Below, in pieces: positions 7,522 through 17,696 of a DNA stretch of 47,132 nucleotides. Position 1 is the stretch's first letter; every line of letters starts with the position of its first letter. The stretch lies in the sequence record SRR22947727_447, one strand, 5' to 3'. The notes under the pieces were generated by a model. The model worked only from the letters and a program-made list of their open reading frames with translations, made no database searches and was not told the origin of the DNA. Made by a program: the position numbers and the translations under genes.

Positions 7522-10158
7522 ATGGAGACTGCTTCCAAATATTCCCCCCGACAAATTGAAAACCAATGGTATGACTATTGGATGAAGCACAATTTTTTTG
7601 CTTCTAAGCCAGATGAGAGAACGCCATATACCATAGTCATTCCTCCACCAAACGTCACTGGAGTTTTACATATGGGGCATATGCTAAACAATACCATTCA
7701 AGATGTACTGATCAGAAAAGCAAGATTGCAAGGTTTTAATGCATGCTGGGTACCTGGAACGGATCACGCTTCAATTGCAACAGAGGCCAAAGTTGTAGCA
7801 AAACTTAAAGAGCAAGGTATTTCTAAATCAGACCTGAGCAGGGAAGAATTTTTAGCCCATGCCTGGGAATGGAAAAACGAGTATGGAGGCGTTATTTTGG
7901 AGCAACTCAAAAAATTAGGCTGTTCTTGTGATTGGGATAGGACCGCTTTTACTATGGATCCTACTTTATCAGATTCAGTGATCAAAGTTTTTGTAGACTT
8001 GTTTAATAAAGGCCTCATTTACAGGGGCAATAGAATGGTAAATTGGGATCCTGAGGCACTCACCACACTATCAGATGAAGAGGTTATTTACGAGGAGAAA
8101 CAGGGTTTATTGTACTACATTTCATATCAGGTAGCTGGAAGTGATCAGAAGCTCACCATTGCTACTACGAGACCTGAGACTATATTTGGAGATACGGCTA
8201 TTTGTGTTCATCCTGAAGATGAGCGTTTTATGCACCTTCATGCTAAGAAAGCCATTGTACCCCTTTGTGGGAGAGAGATTCCAATTATTGCAGATCCTTA
8301 TGTAGATATGGAATTTGGAACAGGCTGTTTAAAAGTGACCCCGGCGCATGATCTAAATGACAAAGCACTGGGTGAAAAACACCACTTAGAGAGCATCGAT
8401 ATTTTCAACCCCAATGCTACTTTAAATTCTTTTGGTATGGGCTACGAGGGAATGGACCGGTTTGACGCTAGAAAAAAGGTTTCGAAAGATTTAGAAGCCC
8501 TAAATTTTTTAGTAAAAACAGAGCAACACCTTAATAAAGTAGGCACTTCTGAGAGAACAAAAGCCGTAATAGAGCCTAGATTGTCCGACCAATGGTTTCT
8601 AAAAATGGAGACTTTAGCCCAGCCTGCTTTAAAGGCGGTATTGGAGGACAAAGAGGTGAAGTTATTTCCCAAAAAGTTTGAAAATACTTACAGACATTGG
8701 ATGGAAAATATTCGTGATTGGAATATTTCTAGACAATTGTGGTGGGGACAGCAAATACCTGCCTTTTATTTTGGAGATGGAAGAGAAGACTTTGTCGTTG
8801 CTGAAAATATTGACACTGCATTAATACTCGCCAAGGAGAAGTCTGGTAATTCAAGCCTAACTTCCCAAGATTTAAGACAAGATGAAGACGCTTTAGACAC
8901 TTGGTTTTCTTCCTGGTTGTGGCCTATGAGTGTGTTTAATGGCATACTCGAGCCAGATAATGAGGAGATCAATTATTACTACCCTACCAATGATTTGGTG
9001 ACCGGTCCAGATATTTTATTTTTCTGGGTGGCGAGAATGGTTGTTGCGGGATATGAATTTAGGGGAGAAAAACCTTTTTCTAATGTATATTTCACCGGCT
9101 TGGTTAGAGATGCGCAACGTAGGAAAATGTCTAAATCTTTAGGGAATTCACCAGACGCCCTAAAACTTATAGAAGACTATGGTGCAGATGGTGTTAGGGT
9201 AGGTCTCTTATTGAGTTCTGCTGCTGGAAACGACCTCATGTTTGACGAGGCATTGTGCCAGCAAGGAAAGAATTTTGCCAATAAAATTTGGAACGGTTTT
9301 AGACTCATTCAATCGTGGGAAGTAGCAGATATTCCACAGCCAGAAGCCGCAAAAAAAGCCATTGAGTGGTATACAGCACTGTTTAACAAAACAGTGTTAG
9401 AAATAGAAGATGACTTCAGCAAGTACAGAATTTCAGATGCGCTCATGGCCACTTATAAGTTGTTGTGGGAGCATTACAGTTCATGGCTTTTAGAGTTAAT
9501 TAAACCGCATTATCAGCAGCCTGTAGACCGTACGACAAAAGCTCAGGTAATTGCTTTAATGGAGAATAATTTAAGGATTTTGCATCCCTTCATGCCGTTT
9601 TTATCAGAAGATATTTGGCAGCAAATTTCAGAAAGATCACCAGAAGAAGCCCTTATAGTGAATCATTGGCCAAAGGTAAGTCCCTTAGATCAAGCAGATT
9701 TATTAGCTGGTTTTGAATGGGCCAAGCAAGTGATATCTGAGGTGAGAACGGTAAGGAAAGAAAAGCAGATTGCCCAAAAAGAAGTTTTAGACATGTTTGT
9801 AATGCATTCCTCTAATCCATTGTCTTACTGGACTGCTGGAATTGAAAAATTAGCCAATTTAACACCAGTTCAACTTTCAGACGCACCCATTGAAGGCGCG
9901 CTTAGTTTTAGGGTAGACGCTTATGAATACTTTATCCCTATTACTGGGGCCATTGATGTGGACGCAGAAATAGCTAAAGTGACAGAAGAGTTAAATTACA
10001 CCAAAGGATTTTTAAGCGCTGTAGAAAAGAAACTTTCGAATGAACGATTTGTTTCAAATGCGCCAGAAACTGTTTTGGCTTTAGAAAAGAAAAAGCAGTC
10101 AGACGCCATGGCTAAAATAGAAACATTAGCGCAAAGTTTATTATATTTGAAAGGCTAG
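7522..10158 (+). CDS. valS: Valine--tRNA ligase
   Basis: PPPNVTGVLHMGH (HIGH), DWNISRQLWWG, KMSKS, C-terminal coiled-coil arm. Confidence 0.98.
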   Translation: METASKYSPRQIENQWYDYWMKHNFFASKPDERTPYTIVIPPPNVTGVLHMGHMLNNTIQDVLIRKARLQGFNACWVPGTDHASIATEAKVVAKLKEQGISKSDLSREEFLAHAWEWKNEYGGVILEQLKKLGCSCDWDRTAFTMDPTLSDSVIKVFVDLFNKGLIYRGNRMVNWDPEALTTLSDEEVIYEEKQGLLYYISYQVAGSDQKLTIATTRPETIFGDTAICVHPEDERFMHLHAKKAIVPLCGREIPIIADPYVDMEFGTGCLKVTPAHDLNDKALGEKHHLESIDIFNPNATLNSFGMGYEGMDRFDARKKVSKDLEALNFLVKTEQHLNKVGTSERTKAVIEPRLSDQWFLKMETLAQPALKAVLEDKEVKLFPKKFENTYRHWMENIRDWNISRQLWWGQQIPAFYFGDGREDFVVAENIDTALILAKEKSGNSSLTSQDLRQDEDALDTWFSSWLWPMSVFNGILEPDNEEINYYYPTNDLVTGPDILFFWVARMVVAGYEFRGEKPFSNVYFTGLVRDAQRRKMSKSLGNSPDALKLIEDYGADGVRVGLLLSSAAGNDLMFDEALCQQGKNFANKIWNGFRLIQSWEVADIPQPEAAKKAIEWYTALFNKTVLEIEDDFSKYRISDALMATYKLLWEHYSSWLLELIKPHYQQPVDRTTKAQVIALMENNLRILHPFMPFLSEDIWQQISERSPEEALIVNHWPKVSPLDQADLLAGFEWAKQVISEVRTVRKEKQIAQKEVLDMFVMHSSNPLSYWTAGIEKLANLTPVQLSDAPIEGALSFRVDAYEYFIPITGAIDVDAEIAKVTEELNYTKGFLSAVEKKLSNERFVSNAPETVLALEKKKQSDAMAKIETLAQSLLYLKG

Positions 10159-10188
10159 TGAATTTTAAAGCACAAGCCTTATTGAGTT

Positions 10189-11460
10189 ATGGAAGCTTAT
10201 GCGAACGCTTTATTAATTGCTATACCTTTATTTTTACTGCTCATTTTAATTGAAATTGGGTATGGGTATTGGCGGAAAAAAACCACCTATGGTGTATTGG
10301 ACACCGTATCTAGCATCAGTTCTGGTATCACAAATATTTTAAAGGATACCCTTGGTTTGGGTATTGTATTAGTGTCTTATCCAACTATATTGTCTTTTTT
10401 TAAAGTAGCTCCTTTGGAGGTGCATTGGTGGGTTTGGGTCATAGGTTTTATCTGTATAGATTTTGGGGGTTACTGGAACCATAGGTTGAGTCATAAAATC
10501 AATATTTTTTGGAACCAACACATGATTCACCACAGCAGTGAGTCTTTTAATTTAGCTTGTGCTTTAAGGCAATCCATATCTAATCTTTTTGCCTATTTCC
10601 CCCTTTTGCTGCTTCCAGCAGCTTTGTTAGGGGTGCCTTATAAAGTGATTGCTATATTGGCGCCGGTACAATTATTTGCCCAATTTTGGTACCATACCCA
10701 GCATATAGGAAAATTGGGATTTTTAGAATATATTATTGTTACGCCCTCCCAACACAGGGTACACCATGCCATAAATGAACGCTATATAGATAAAAATTTA
10801 GGCCAAGTTTTTAGTATTTGGGATCGTATGTTTGGGACTTTTCAAGAAGAGTTAGCCAGTGATCCTCCACAATATGGTGTGTTAAAACAGGTGAACACAT
10901 GGAATCCATTTACCATTAATTTTATGCATTTTTGGCAAATAACAAAAGATGCCTGGCGTACAAAATCCTGGGTAGATAAACTGCGAATTTGGTTTATGCC
11001 CACTGGTTGGCGTCCCGCCGATGTCGCAGAAAATTACCCTGTAGAAATAATAGAGGATGTATTTAATTTTAAACGCTACCCAGAGTCTGGTAGTAACATA
11101 TTTAAGGCCTATGCCGTTTTTCAATTGCTCGGTGTTTCTATGATCCTTCTCCTAGGTCTTTCAGAAGTAGGCCGGATAGAAGTATTTGAATTTATTCTTT
11201 TGGCTTTGTATATTGCGCTGAGCGTATTTAGCTATTCTATGTTTATGGACCGTTGGAGTGGTGCCTACTTTACTGAGGCAGTTAGAATAATTGTGGGACT
11301 TATAGCCAGTGTTATATTTTTAAATGCTGGAGACGCCCCTGCTCACTTTTATAGTTGGAGAACAGTATTGTACTGTTACTTTATACTGAGCTTAATGGGA
11401 CTTGCCCATGGCTTTTTTCAGTCGAAATTAGCCCACACAACAAAAGAAATTTCGCGTTAG
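10189..11460 (+). CDS. Sterol desaturase / fatty-acid hydroxylase family protein, alkylglycerol monooxygenase-like
   Basis: His boxes HRLSH, HMIHH, HRVHH; WDRMFGTF; extra C-terminal TM bundle. Confidence 0.88.
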   Translation: MEAYANALLIAIPLFLLLILIEIGYGYWRKKTTYGVLDTVSSISSGITNILKDTLGLGIVLVSYPTILSFFKVAPLEVHWWVWVIGFICIDFGGYWNHRLSHKINIFWNQHMIHHSSESFNLACALRQSISNLFAYFPLLLLPAALLGVPYKVIAILAPVQLFAQFWYHTQHIGKLGFLEYIIVTPSQHRVHHAINERYIDKNLGQVFSIWDRMFGTFQEELASDPPQYGVLKQVNTWNPFTINFMHFWQITKDAWRTKSWVDKLRIWFMPTGWRPADVAENYPVEIIEDVFNFKRYPESGSNIFKAYAVFQLLGVSMILLLGLSEVGRIEVFEFILLALYIALSVFSYSMFMDRWSGAYFTEAVRIIVGLIASVIFLNAGDAPAHFYSWRTVLYCYFILSLMGLAHGFFQSKLAHTTKEISR

Positions 11461-11496
11461 TTTTCAAAGCTTTTGTCATGAGATCTATTGGTTCTG

Positions 11497-11751
11497 TTAG
11501 GAGACCTCTTTCTCCACGATAGCTATATATTCTAACATAGCTGTCTTTATATTTATGTGTTTTGCTTGAAACAATGCATTGGCTTTAAATGCACTGATCA
11601 AAGGCTTGTCTCCACTAGGGTTTTCTTGATTTTTAGTGGCTATTTTGTAGAGTGCATATAATTTGAGCATGGTGTCAGGTGGTAGCGGCTTATTGCTGCT
11701 ATTTACCTTTATAACCGCTTTGTTGAAATCCGATTCTGTTGGATTACTCAT
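11497..11751 (-). CDS. Acyl-CoA-binding protein (ACBP), divergent
   Basis: F.KAV, LKLYALYKIAT, AMLEYI helical pattern; ATG 11751 overlaps the psd stop (alternative start 11757). Confidence 0.82.
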   Translation of the reverse strand: MSNPTESDFNKAVIKVNSSNKPLPPDTMLKLYALYKIATKNQENPSGDKPLISAFKANALFQAKHINIKTAMLEYIAIVEKEVS

Positions 11752-12409
11752 CCCCATCGCTTAGTGTAGCTATGACTGTTTTTGCCCCCACTACTTTTTG
11801 ATTGAGCCCTACAGTGACAATACAATCTAGGGGTAAGAATAGGTCTACTCTTGAGCCAAATTTTATAAAACCTGCGTCTGCTCCTTGTATGGCTTTGTCT
11901 CCTTTTTTGGCATAATTAACAATTCTTCTGGCTAGAGCACCTGCAATTTGTCTGTATAGAATATCTCCAAATTTAGGTGTTTTTATTACGATGGTAGTTC
12001 TTTCGTTTTCTTCACTAGCTTTAGGATGCCATGCGACTAAATATTTTCCAGGGTGGTATTTTGAGTATTGTATTACACCACTTACTGGGTACCTAGTCAC
12101 GTGAACATTAAGGGGAGACATAAAGATAGAAACTTGCTTTCTTTTCCCCTGAAAATATTCTTTTTCTTCTACTTCCTCTATAACAACAACTTTACCGTCT
12201 ACTGGGGCAATAATTTCATTGAGATTAAATTGCACGGCCCTTTTTGGGTTTCTGAAAAATTGTAAAATTAAGACCAATACGGCTAAAGCAACGCCTTGTA
12301 CTCCGTATTTAATGAGGTCTTGAGTAATATAGGTATCGGCCGTAAGGGCAATGACTCCAACAATGACAAAAGTGATCGCAATAATTTTAAAACCTTCTCT
12401 GTGAAACAT
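11744..12409 (-). CDS. psd: Phosphatidylserine decarboxylase proenzyme (short type)
   Basis: APVDGKV, IFMSPLNVHV, ENER, self-cleavage motif FGSRVD. Confidence 0.95.
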   Translation of the reverse strand: MFHREGFKIIAITFVIVGVIALTADTYITQDLIKYGVQGVALAVLVLILQFFRNPKRAVQFNLNEIIAPVDGKVVVIEEVEEKEYFQGKRKQVSIFMSPLNVHVTRYPVSGVIQYSKYHPGKYLVAWHPKASEENERTTIVIKTPKFGDILYRQIAGALARRIVNYAKKGDKAIQGADAGFIKFGSRVDLFLPLDCIVTVGLNQKVVGAKTVIATLSDGDE

Positions 12410-12411
12410 AA

Positions 12412-13206
12412 CTAATTAAAGATAATGATGAGCAAATATGCAAATGGTGCGGCAAATATAAGACTATCTAGTCTATCTAGCATACCACCATGGCCAGGTA
12501 ATATAGCGCCGCTGTCTTTTACGCCAGCAACACGTTTGAATTTAGATTCAAGAAGGTCACCTAGATTTCCTGTGATCACAACGACCGTGGCAAGAAGTAG
12601 CCACTGATATAAAGACAGCAGTGGGTCTATTTGAGCTATTAATACAGCGGCTAAAAGTCCAAATACGAGTCCGCCAATGGCGCCCTCAACAGTCTTTTTT
12701 GGAGATACAGATGGGTATAACTTATTTTTTCCAAACTGTTTGCCTATCAAATACGCAAAGGAGTCATTCATCCAAATGATTAGAAAAATACCTGTAATGA
12801 GCATTTTGGCAAATTCAGGTGTAGTGTAGGGAATAAGGGTAAGAAAAATGCATCCACCACCTATGTAAAAAACCCCTGAAATAAAGGTCATGCTTTTTGG
12901 AAGCTTTTGTTTCTTTTTACTTAATAGATAAGTTAATAAAAATATATTAATCCCTATAGTAGCACCGAGTAATAGGGCAATAGTAAACTTGTTTTGTATG
13001 AGATAAATGAACAACCACCATAGGGCCAAATAGGCCGTAAATAAGTAATAGCCGCGCAATTTGGTGATTCTTTTGTATTCATAAATACAGGCCAGTCCGA
13101 AAGCCATAAATAAGAAGTCAAAGGCATCTGAGTTTAAAAATACAGCTGCTAGTAATATAAATACATAGACCCCCCCAGTGAGGAGTCTTCTTATTAATTC
13201 TCTCAT
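12412..13206 (-). CDS. cdsA: Phosphatidate cytidylyltransferase
   Basis: SPKKTVEG, GDLLESKFKR..GVKDSG..LPGHGGMLDRLDS. Confidence 0.96.
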   Translation of the reverse strand: MRELIRRLLTGGVYVFILLAAVFLNSDAFDFLFMAFGLACIYEYKRITKLRGYYLFTAYLALWWLFIYLIQNKFTIALLLGATIGINIFLLTYLLSKKKQKLPKSMTFISGVFYIGGGCIFLTLIPYTTPEFAKMLITGIFLIIWMNDSFAYLIGKQFGKNKLYPSVSPKKTVEGAIGGLVFGLLAAVLIAQIDPLLSLYQWLLLATVVVITGNLGDLLESKFKRVAGVKDSGAILPGHGGMLDRLDSLIFAAPFAYLLIIIFN

Positions 13207-13815
13207 TTAAAGGTCTTCTAAAAGAATCAGATACACATCTTTATTGCAACTTCCATAAGTGAGAAAATCTTTCTGACCTTCGTTTTCTTTTTTGAAGTTC
13301 TTTATGGCGGTTATATTACCTGGTATCTGCTTGGGATAGTTTTTTTTAATTTGTTTTAGCCCATCTTGGATGGTCTCTAACATTTGGCTGGTTTTGGCGA
13401 ATACTATGATAAGTTCCGGAAGGTCAGGCAATTTGTTTTCGCCAAACTGACTGTCACTCACTAAAATAGAACCATTTAGCGCAATAAGGTGTTCACAGGA
13501 GGTGAAAAACACTCCAGACCCTTGTGTTTTATGGGTGGTTTCATATCCTGCATTGGCACAGAATAAGGCCATATTTTTGTCTAAAGTAAGTAGGGGTTTG
13601 TCTTTCCAATGGTTTTCATCCAATATGCTACTTAAGAGCTCAAGCGCTTCATCTTTGTCTTCGCAGTACAAGAACTTACCACCATTTTTTTTAAAGTTAA
13701 TGGTGAATAGTTCGTCTACTGGTGTTTTTTCTTCTGGCATATACTTGGACCTTTCAACCTGGCTTGAAGCTGGGTTGTTTTTAGGAGATCCAAATATTTT
13801 GCTAAAAAAATTCAA
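13207..13815 (-). CDS. LUD (LutC/YkgG-like) domain protein
   Basis: F.KNGGKFLYCE, TSCEHLIALNGSILVS, LPELIIVFA pattern; TTG start 2 bp after ftsH. Confidence 0.7.
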   Translation of the reverse strand: MNFFSKIFGSPKNNPASSQVERSKYMPEEKTPVDELFTINFKKNGGKFLYCEDKDEALELLSSILDENHWKDKPLLTLDKNMALFCANAGYETTHKTQGSGVFFTSCEHLIALNGSILVSDSQFGENKLPDLPELIIVFAKTSQMLETIQDGLKQIKKNYPKQIPGNITAIKNFKKENEGQKDFLTYGSCNKDVYLILLEDL

Positions 13816-13817
13816 TA

Positions 13818-15893
13818 TTACGCTTTACCTTCTTTTGTTGTAGTTGAGTCACTCGCATCTTCTAGGGTACTTTCTGTAACGCTAGAAGAGGTGTTTTCTT
13901 CATTATTTTCTAGACTGGTAGAAAGACCTGCATCTGCCTCGTCATCTGGATTGGGAGTAGCTTCTTTTTGAAGGGCTTTTGGTGCTGGACTAAAGGGTCT
14001 TTCACCAAAGATTTTTTCTAAATCGTCCTTAAAAATCACTTCTTTTTCTAACAACCTTTTTGCTAATGTAGTGAGTTTTTCCTTGTTTACCTCTAAAAGT
14101 TCAATAGCTCTCTGGTACTGCGCTTCAATTAAGATAGAAATCTCTTTGTCAATTTTTTGAGCGGTCTCCTCGCTGTAAGGTTTGGTAAAGCCGTATTCGG
14201 ACTGACCAGAAGAATCGTAGTAAGTAATATTACCTAGTGACTCATTTAAACCGTAAACGGTGACCATAGCCCTTGCTTGCTTAGTTACTTTTTCTAAATC
14301 ACTTAAGGCACCAGTAGATATTTTATTGAAAATCACTTTCTCAGCAGCGCGTCCCCCTAAGGTGGCACACATCTCGTCAAGCATCTGCTCTGTCCTAACA
14401 ATCAGTCTTTCTTCTGGCAAGTACCATGCAGCACCAAGAGATTGTCCCCTAGGAACAATGGTTACCTTTACAAGAGGAGCTGCATGTTCTAACATCCAAC
14501 TCACTGTAGCGTGTCCTGCCTCATGATAGGCAATCGTTTCCTTTTCAGACTGGGTAACGATTTTGTTTTTCTTTTCTAAACCGCCAACAATTCTGTCTAC
14601 AGCGTCTAAAAAGTCTTGTTTGCTAACCGCTTTCTTGTCTTTTCTTGCTGCAATTAGTGCGGCTTCATTACAAACGTTTGCTATATCTGCTCCAGAAAAT
14701 CCAGGGGTTTGTTTGGCTAAGAAATCTATATCTAGTTTTTCAGAGGTCTTTATAGGCTTTAAATGAACCTCAAATATTTCTTTACGTTCTCTAATATCTG
14801 GTAAGTCTACATAGATTTGTCTGTCAAAACGACCCGCCCTCATCAATGCTTTGTCCAATACGTCTGCCCTGTTTGTAGCTGCCAAGACAATGACATTTGT
14901 ATTGGTGCCAAAACCATCCATTTCTGTCAGTAATTGGTTGAGGGTGTTTTCTCTTTCGTCATTTGATCCTGTCATATTATTTTTACCTCTAGCGCGCCCA
15001 ATGGCGTCTATTTCATCAATAAAAATTATGGCAGGGGACTTTTCTTTTGCTTGTTTGAATAAATCCCTTACTCTTGAAGCACCTACCCCCACAAACATCT
15101 CTACAAAATCAGATCCAGAGAGCGAGAAGAAAGGCACCTTAGCTTCTCCGGCTACTGCCTTTGCCAATAAAGTTTTTCCTGTTCCAGGAGGTCCTACCAA
15201 TAAAGCTCCTTTTGGAATTTTACCTCCAAGTGAGGTATATTTTTCAGGCTGTTTTAAAAAAGAAACTATTTCTTCTATTTCTTCTTTAGCACCCTCTAAA
15301 CCAGCCACATCTTTAAACGAAGTTCTGGTATCTGTTTTTTCATCGAATAGTTTGGCTTTGGACTTTCCAATATTGAAAATTTGGCCACCGCCTCCGCCGC
15401 CTGCACCACCAGACATTCTTTTCATCACATAGATCCAAATACCAATAATAAGTACAAAGGGTAGGAGTGACAATAGTAAGTCTCCAAATACGTTAGACTC
15501 CGTCTCGTAGTCTACTGATGTTTCTAATTGGAATTCTGCCTTAATGGTCTTAATGTCGTTTTCAAAATTTTGAAGGTCCCCAAAGTCTAATAAATACTCT
15601 GGGCTTAGGCCGCTTAAATTGAAAGATTTTTCAGCAACATCTTTGTGAACTTCTTTGCTTAGCGCTTCCTTAGTTAAAAACACTTTAGCTTGTCTGGTGT
15701 TGCTAATAATGATGATTTTATTAATATCTCCATTCTTCAAATAAGATTGAAGTTCAGAAGTCGTTGTCTTTCTGGTATTCGAAAGACCACTACTCATAAA
15801 TTGAAAACCTATTAATAATGCTATTACTGTGGCATATACCCACCAAGCATTGAACTTTGGTTTTTTAGGACTTGTTTTGGTTTCTTTTGCCAT
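13818..15893 (-). CDS. ftsH: ATP-dependent zinc metalloprotease FtsH
   Basis: Two TM helices, Walker A GPPGTGKT, Walker [17 protein letters not shown] zinc motif. Confidence 0.98.
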   Translation of the reverse strand: MAKETKTSPKKPKFNAWWVYATVIALLIGFQFMSSGLSNTRKTTTSELQSYLKNGDINKIIIISNTRQAKVFLTKEALSKEVHKDVAEKSFNLSGLSPEYLLDFGDLQNFENDIKTIKAEFQLETSVDYETESNVFGDLLLSLLPFVLIIGIWIYVMKRMSGGAGGGGGGQIFNIGKSKAKLFDEKTDTRTSFKDVAGLEGAKEEIEEIVSFLKQPEKYTSLGGKIPKGALLVGPPGTGKTLLAKAVAGEAKVPFFSLSGSDFVEMFVGVGASRVRDLFKQAKEKSPAIIFIDEIDAIGRARGKNNMTGSNDERENTLNQLLTEMDGFGTNTNVIVLAATNRADVLDKALMRAGRFDRQIYVDLPDIRERKEIFEVHLKPIKTSEKLDIDFLAKQTPGFSGADIANVCNEAALIAARKDKKAVSKQDFLDAVDRIVGGLEKKNKIVTQSEKETIAYHEAGHATVSWMLEHAAPLVKVTIVPRGQSLGAAWYLPEERLIVRTEQMLDEMCATLGGRAAEKVIFNKISTGALSDLEKVTKQARAMVTVYGLNESLGNITYYDSSGQSEYGFTKPYSEETAQKIDKEISILIEAQYQRAIELLEVNKEKLTTLAKRLLEKEVIFKDDLEKIFGERPFSPAPKALQKEATPNPDDEADAGLSTSLENNEENTSSSVTESTLEDASDSTTTKEGKA

Positions 15894-15899
15894 TATATT

Positions 15900-16274
15900 T
15901 TAGTTTGATGGACTCGTTATTGCAGTTACTTTTGCGTCTCCCCAAAGGCTTTCTATGTCGTAATATTCTCTGATATGTTTTTGAAAAACATGAACGACTA
16001 CATTCACATAATCGAGTAAAACCCACTCTCCATTTTCCGATCCTTCTACATGCCAAGGTTTGTCTTGAATGGTCTTACTGACTATTTTTTGGACAGATCC
16101 AACCACAGCATTTACATGTGTATTTGAAGTACCATTGCAAATAATGAAATAATCACAGGCAGTATTTTCTATTTCTCTAAGATCTAATAATTGAATATCT
16201 AAACCTTTTACTTCTTCTATTCCATTGAGAATTAATGAGATAAGATTGTCTACGTCTCCTTTTTTATCTAACAT
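15900..16274 (-). CDS. rsfS: Ribosome silencing factor
   Basis: KGLDI..LDL, DYFIICNGTSNTHV, WVLLDY...VVHVF...REYYDIESLW. Confidence 0.96.
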   Translation of the reverse strand: MLDKKGDVDNLISLILNGIEEVKGLDIQLLDLREIENTACDYFIICNGTSNTHVNAVVGSVQKIVSKTIQDKPWHVEGSENGEWVLLDYVNVVVHVFQKHIREYYDIESLWGDAKVTAITSPSN

Positions 16275-16294
16275 TTAAAAAATTTAATTTTTTA

Positions 16295-16302
16295 CAAAGT
16301 TA
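16295..16302 (-). promoter_or_regulatory. -7 promoter box for the rsfS-ftsH operon
   Basis: TAACTTTG matches TAnnTTTG, 20 nt upstream of the ATG. Confidence 0.7.
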
Positions 16303-16387
16303 TTATATTTTTACGTTCTTAGCTATTGTTTTTAACATAAGATTAAACAGCCTTTTAGCCTAGTTTTAAAAGATTAAATCTTTATTT

Positions 16388-17116
16388 ATGCCCCTTATTT
16401 TTTTAGATAAAATATCTTCTACCAATGATTACCTAAAAGACCTTTTAAGTAAAGGATTGTTACAAGATAATACTTTTGTTGTGGCTGCAGACCAAACTGA
16501 AGGCAGGGGACAAATGAGGAATAATTGGCTTGCCCATAAAGGGAGTAGTATTAGCTTAAGTGTTTATAAAAAACACCTGAATTTATCTTTAGAAGATCAA
16601 TTTAAAATAGCCATGTCAGTTTCTTTAGCGGTGCGTCAGGTGCTCGCTCTTTTTTCAGAAGAGCTAAGTGTAAAATGGCCCAATGATATTTTAATTAAGG
16701 GAAAAAAAGTAGGTGGTATTCTCATTGAGAATAAGATTCAAGGAAATTTAGTGACCTCTAGTGTTATTGGAATAGGGTTAAATATACTTAAATTTCCTAT
16801 GCCTGAATTAACTCAGGCTACTGCATTGAGTGAGCATTCCAAAGTGTCTATAAAATTGGGTCATTTAATTGAAATCTTAGTCATTCAATTAGATAAATCA
16901 CTTTCAGAAATAGACCACTTGCCTTACCTTTCTTTAAAATTCAGGTATGAAAACAAATTGTTTGGCTATGGCTTGCTAAAAACTTTTCAACGACCTAATA
17001 AAAACAGCTTCCAAGGGACCATTAGAGGCATTACATCTAACGGAGCACTAGTGATTGAAGACCAAGCAGGTTTGAAAGAGTTTTTTCAGTTTAAAGAGGT
17101 TAAAATGATACTTTAA
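16388..17116 (+). CDS. birA: Biotin--[acetyl-CoA-carboxylase] ligase (no N-terminal HTH)
   Basis: SSTND, QTEGRGQ, KWPNDI, KVGGILIE, IGIGLN. Confidence 0.95.
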   Translation: MPLIFLDKISSTNDYLKDLLSKGLLQDNTFVVAADQTEGRGQMRNNWLAHKGSSISLSVYKKHLNLSLEDQFKIAMSVSLAVRQVLALFSEELSVKWPNDILIKGKKVGGILIENKIQGNLVTSSVIGIGLNILKFPMPELTQATALSEHSKVSIKLGHLIEILVIQLDKSLSEIDHLPYLSLKFRYENKLFGYGLLKTFQRPNKNSFQGTIRGITSNGALVIEDQAGLKEFFQFKEVKMIL

Positions 17117-17213
17117 AGGGACCTATAGCTTCAATTACAGCTATTTTATTACAGCCTTTTTTATTGAAATTGAAGCAGTTGCAAAAACTTTACTGTTTTT
17201 TTGTGTACAAAGC

Positions 17214-17612
17214 TTAAAAGGCAACCTTAGTTAAGTTTTCAGACAACGCATTTACAAAATTGGTGATGGGGGTTTTAATCATCATTTCCATCATGGCATT
17301 GAAAGTGCCCTCAAAAACCAATTGTACTTCAGTGCTGTCTTCTCCTTTATTTACAATATTTCCTTTGAGTGTAAAAGGTAATTTATCACTTGCAGCACCT
17401 AACAATACATAGGAGTTGGCCTCAGATTCATTTTTTTGTAAGGCAATTTCAGGCATTCCTTTTAAAGCGAAAAGAAAACGATCTTCACTGAGTACTTCAA
17501 ATTTACTAGTGTTCTCTGGCATGAGGTGTTCGAAATTTTTAATTTCATTTAAAAAATTAAATACCAATGTATCTGAGGTGTTTAAAAGGACTGGGTTTGT
17601 TTCTATTAACAT
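17214..17612 (-). CDS. SRPBCC/START-like domain protein (putative)
   Basis: VFNFL...NFEHLMP start, beta-rich core and long C-terminal helix; fold inferred from pattern. Confidence 0.65.
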   Translation of the reverse strand: MLIETNPVLLNTSDTLVFNFLNEIKNFEHLMPENTSKFEVLSEDRFLFALKGMPEIALQKNESEANSYVLLGAASDKLPFTLKGNIVNKGEDSTEVQLVFEGTFNAMMEMMIKTPITNFVNALSENLTKVAF

Positions 17613-17696
17613 ATTGTAAATATCTTTTTTGTTTTATGGAAGCAAAGAATGTCCCCATAAGCATGTACTACTCGGATAAACTATCTTTTGGGATTA

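Noticed and set aside
14260..15432. Long antisense ORFs inside ftsH (up to 193 aa), and similar ones opposite valS, tuf, rplK, rplL and rpoB
   Set aside because: These are shadow frames of conserved genes with biased codon usage, with no recognisable domains or initiation signals.
16321..16387. Palindrome AAAGATT-A-AATCTTT upstream of birA as a biotin operator
   Set aside because: This BirA has no DNA-binding HTH, and a short AT-rich palindrome is expected by chance.
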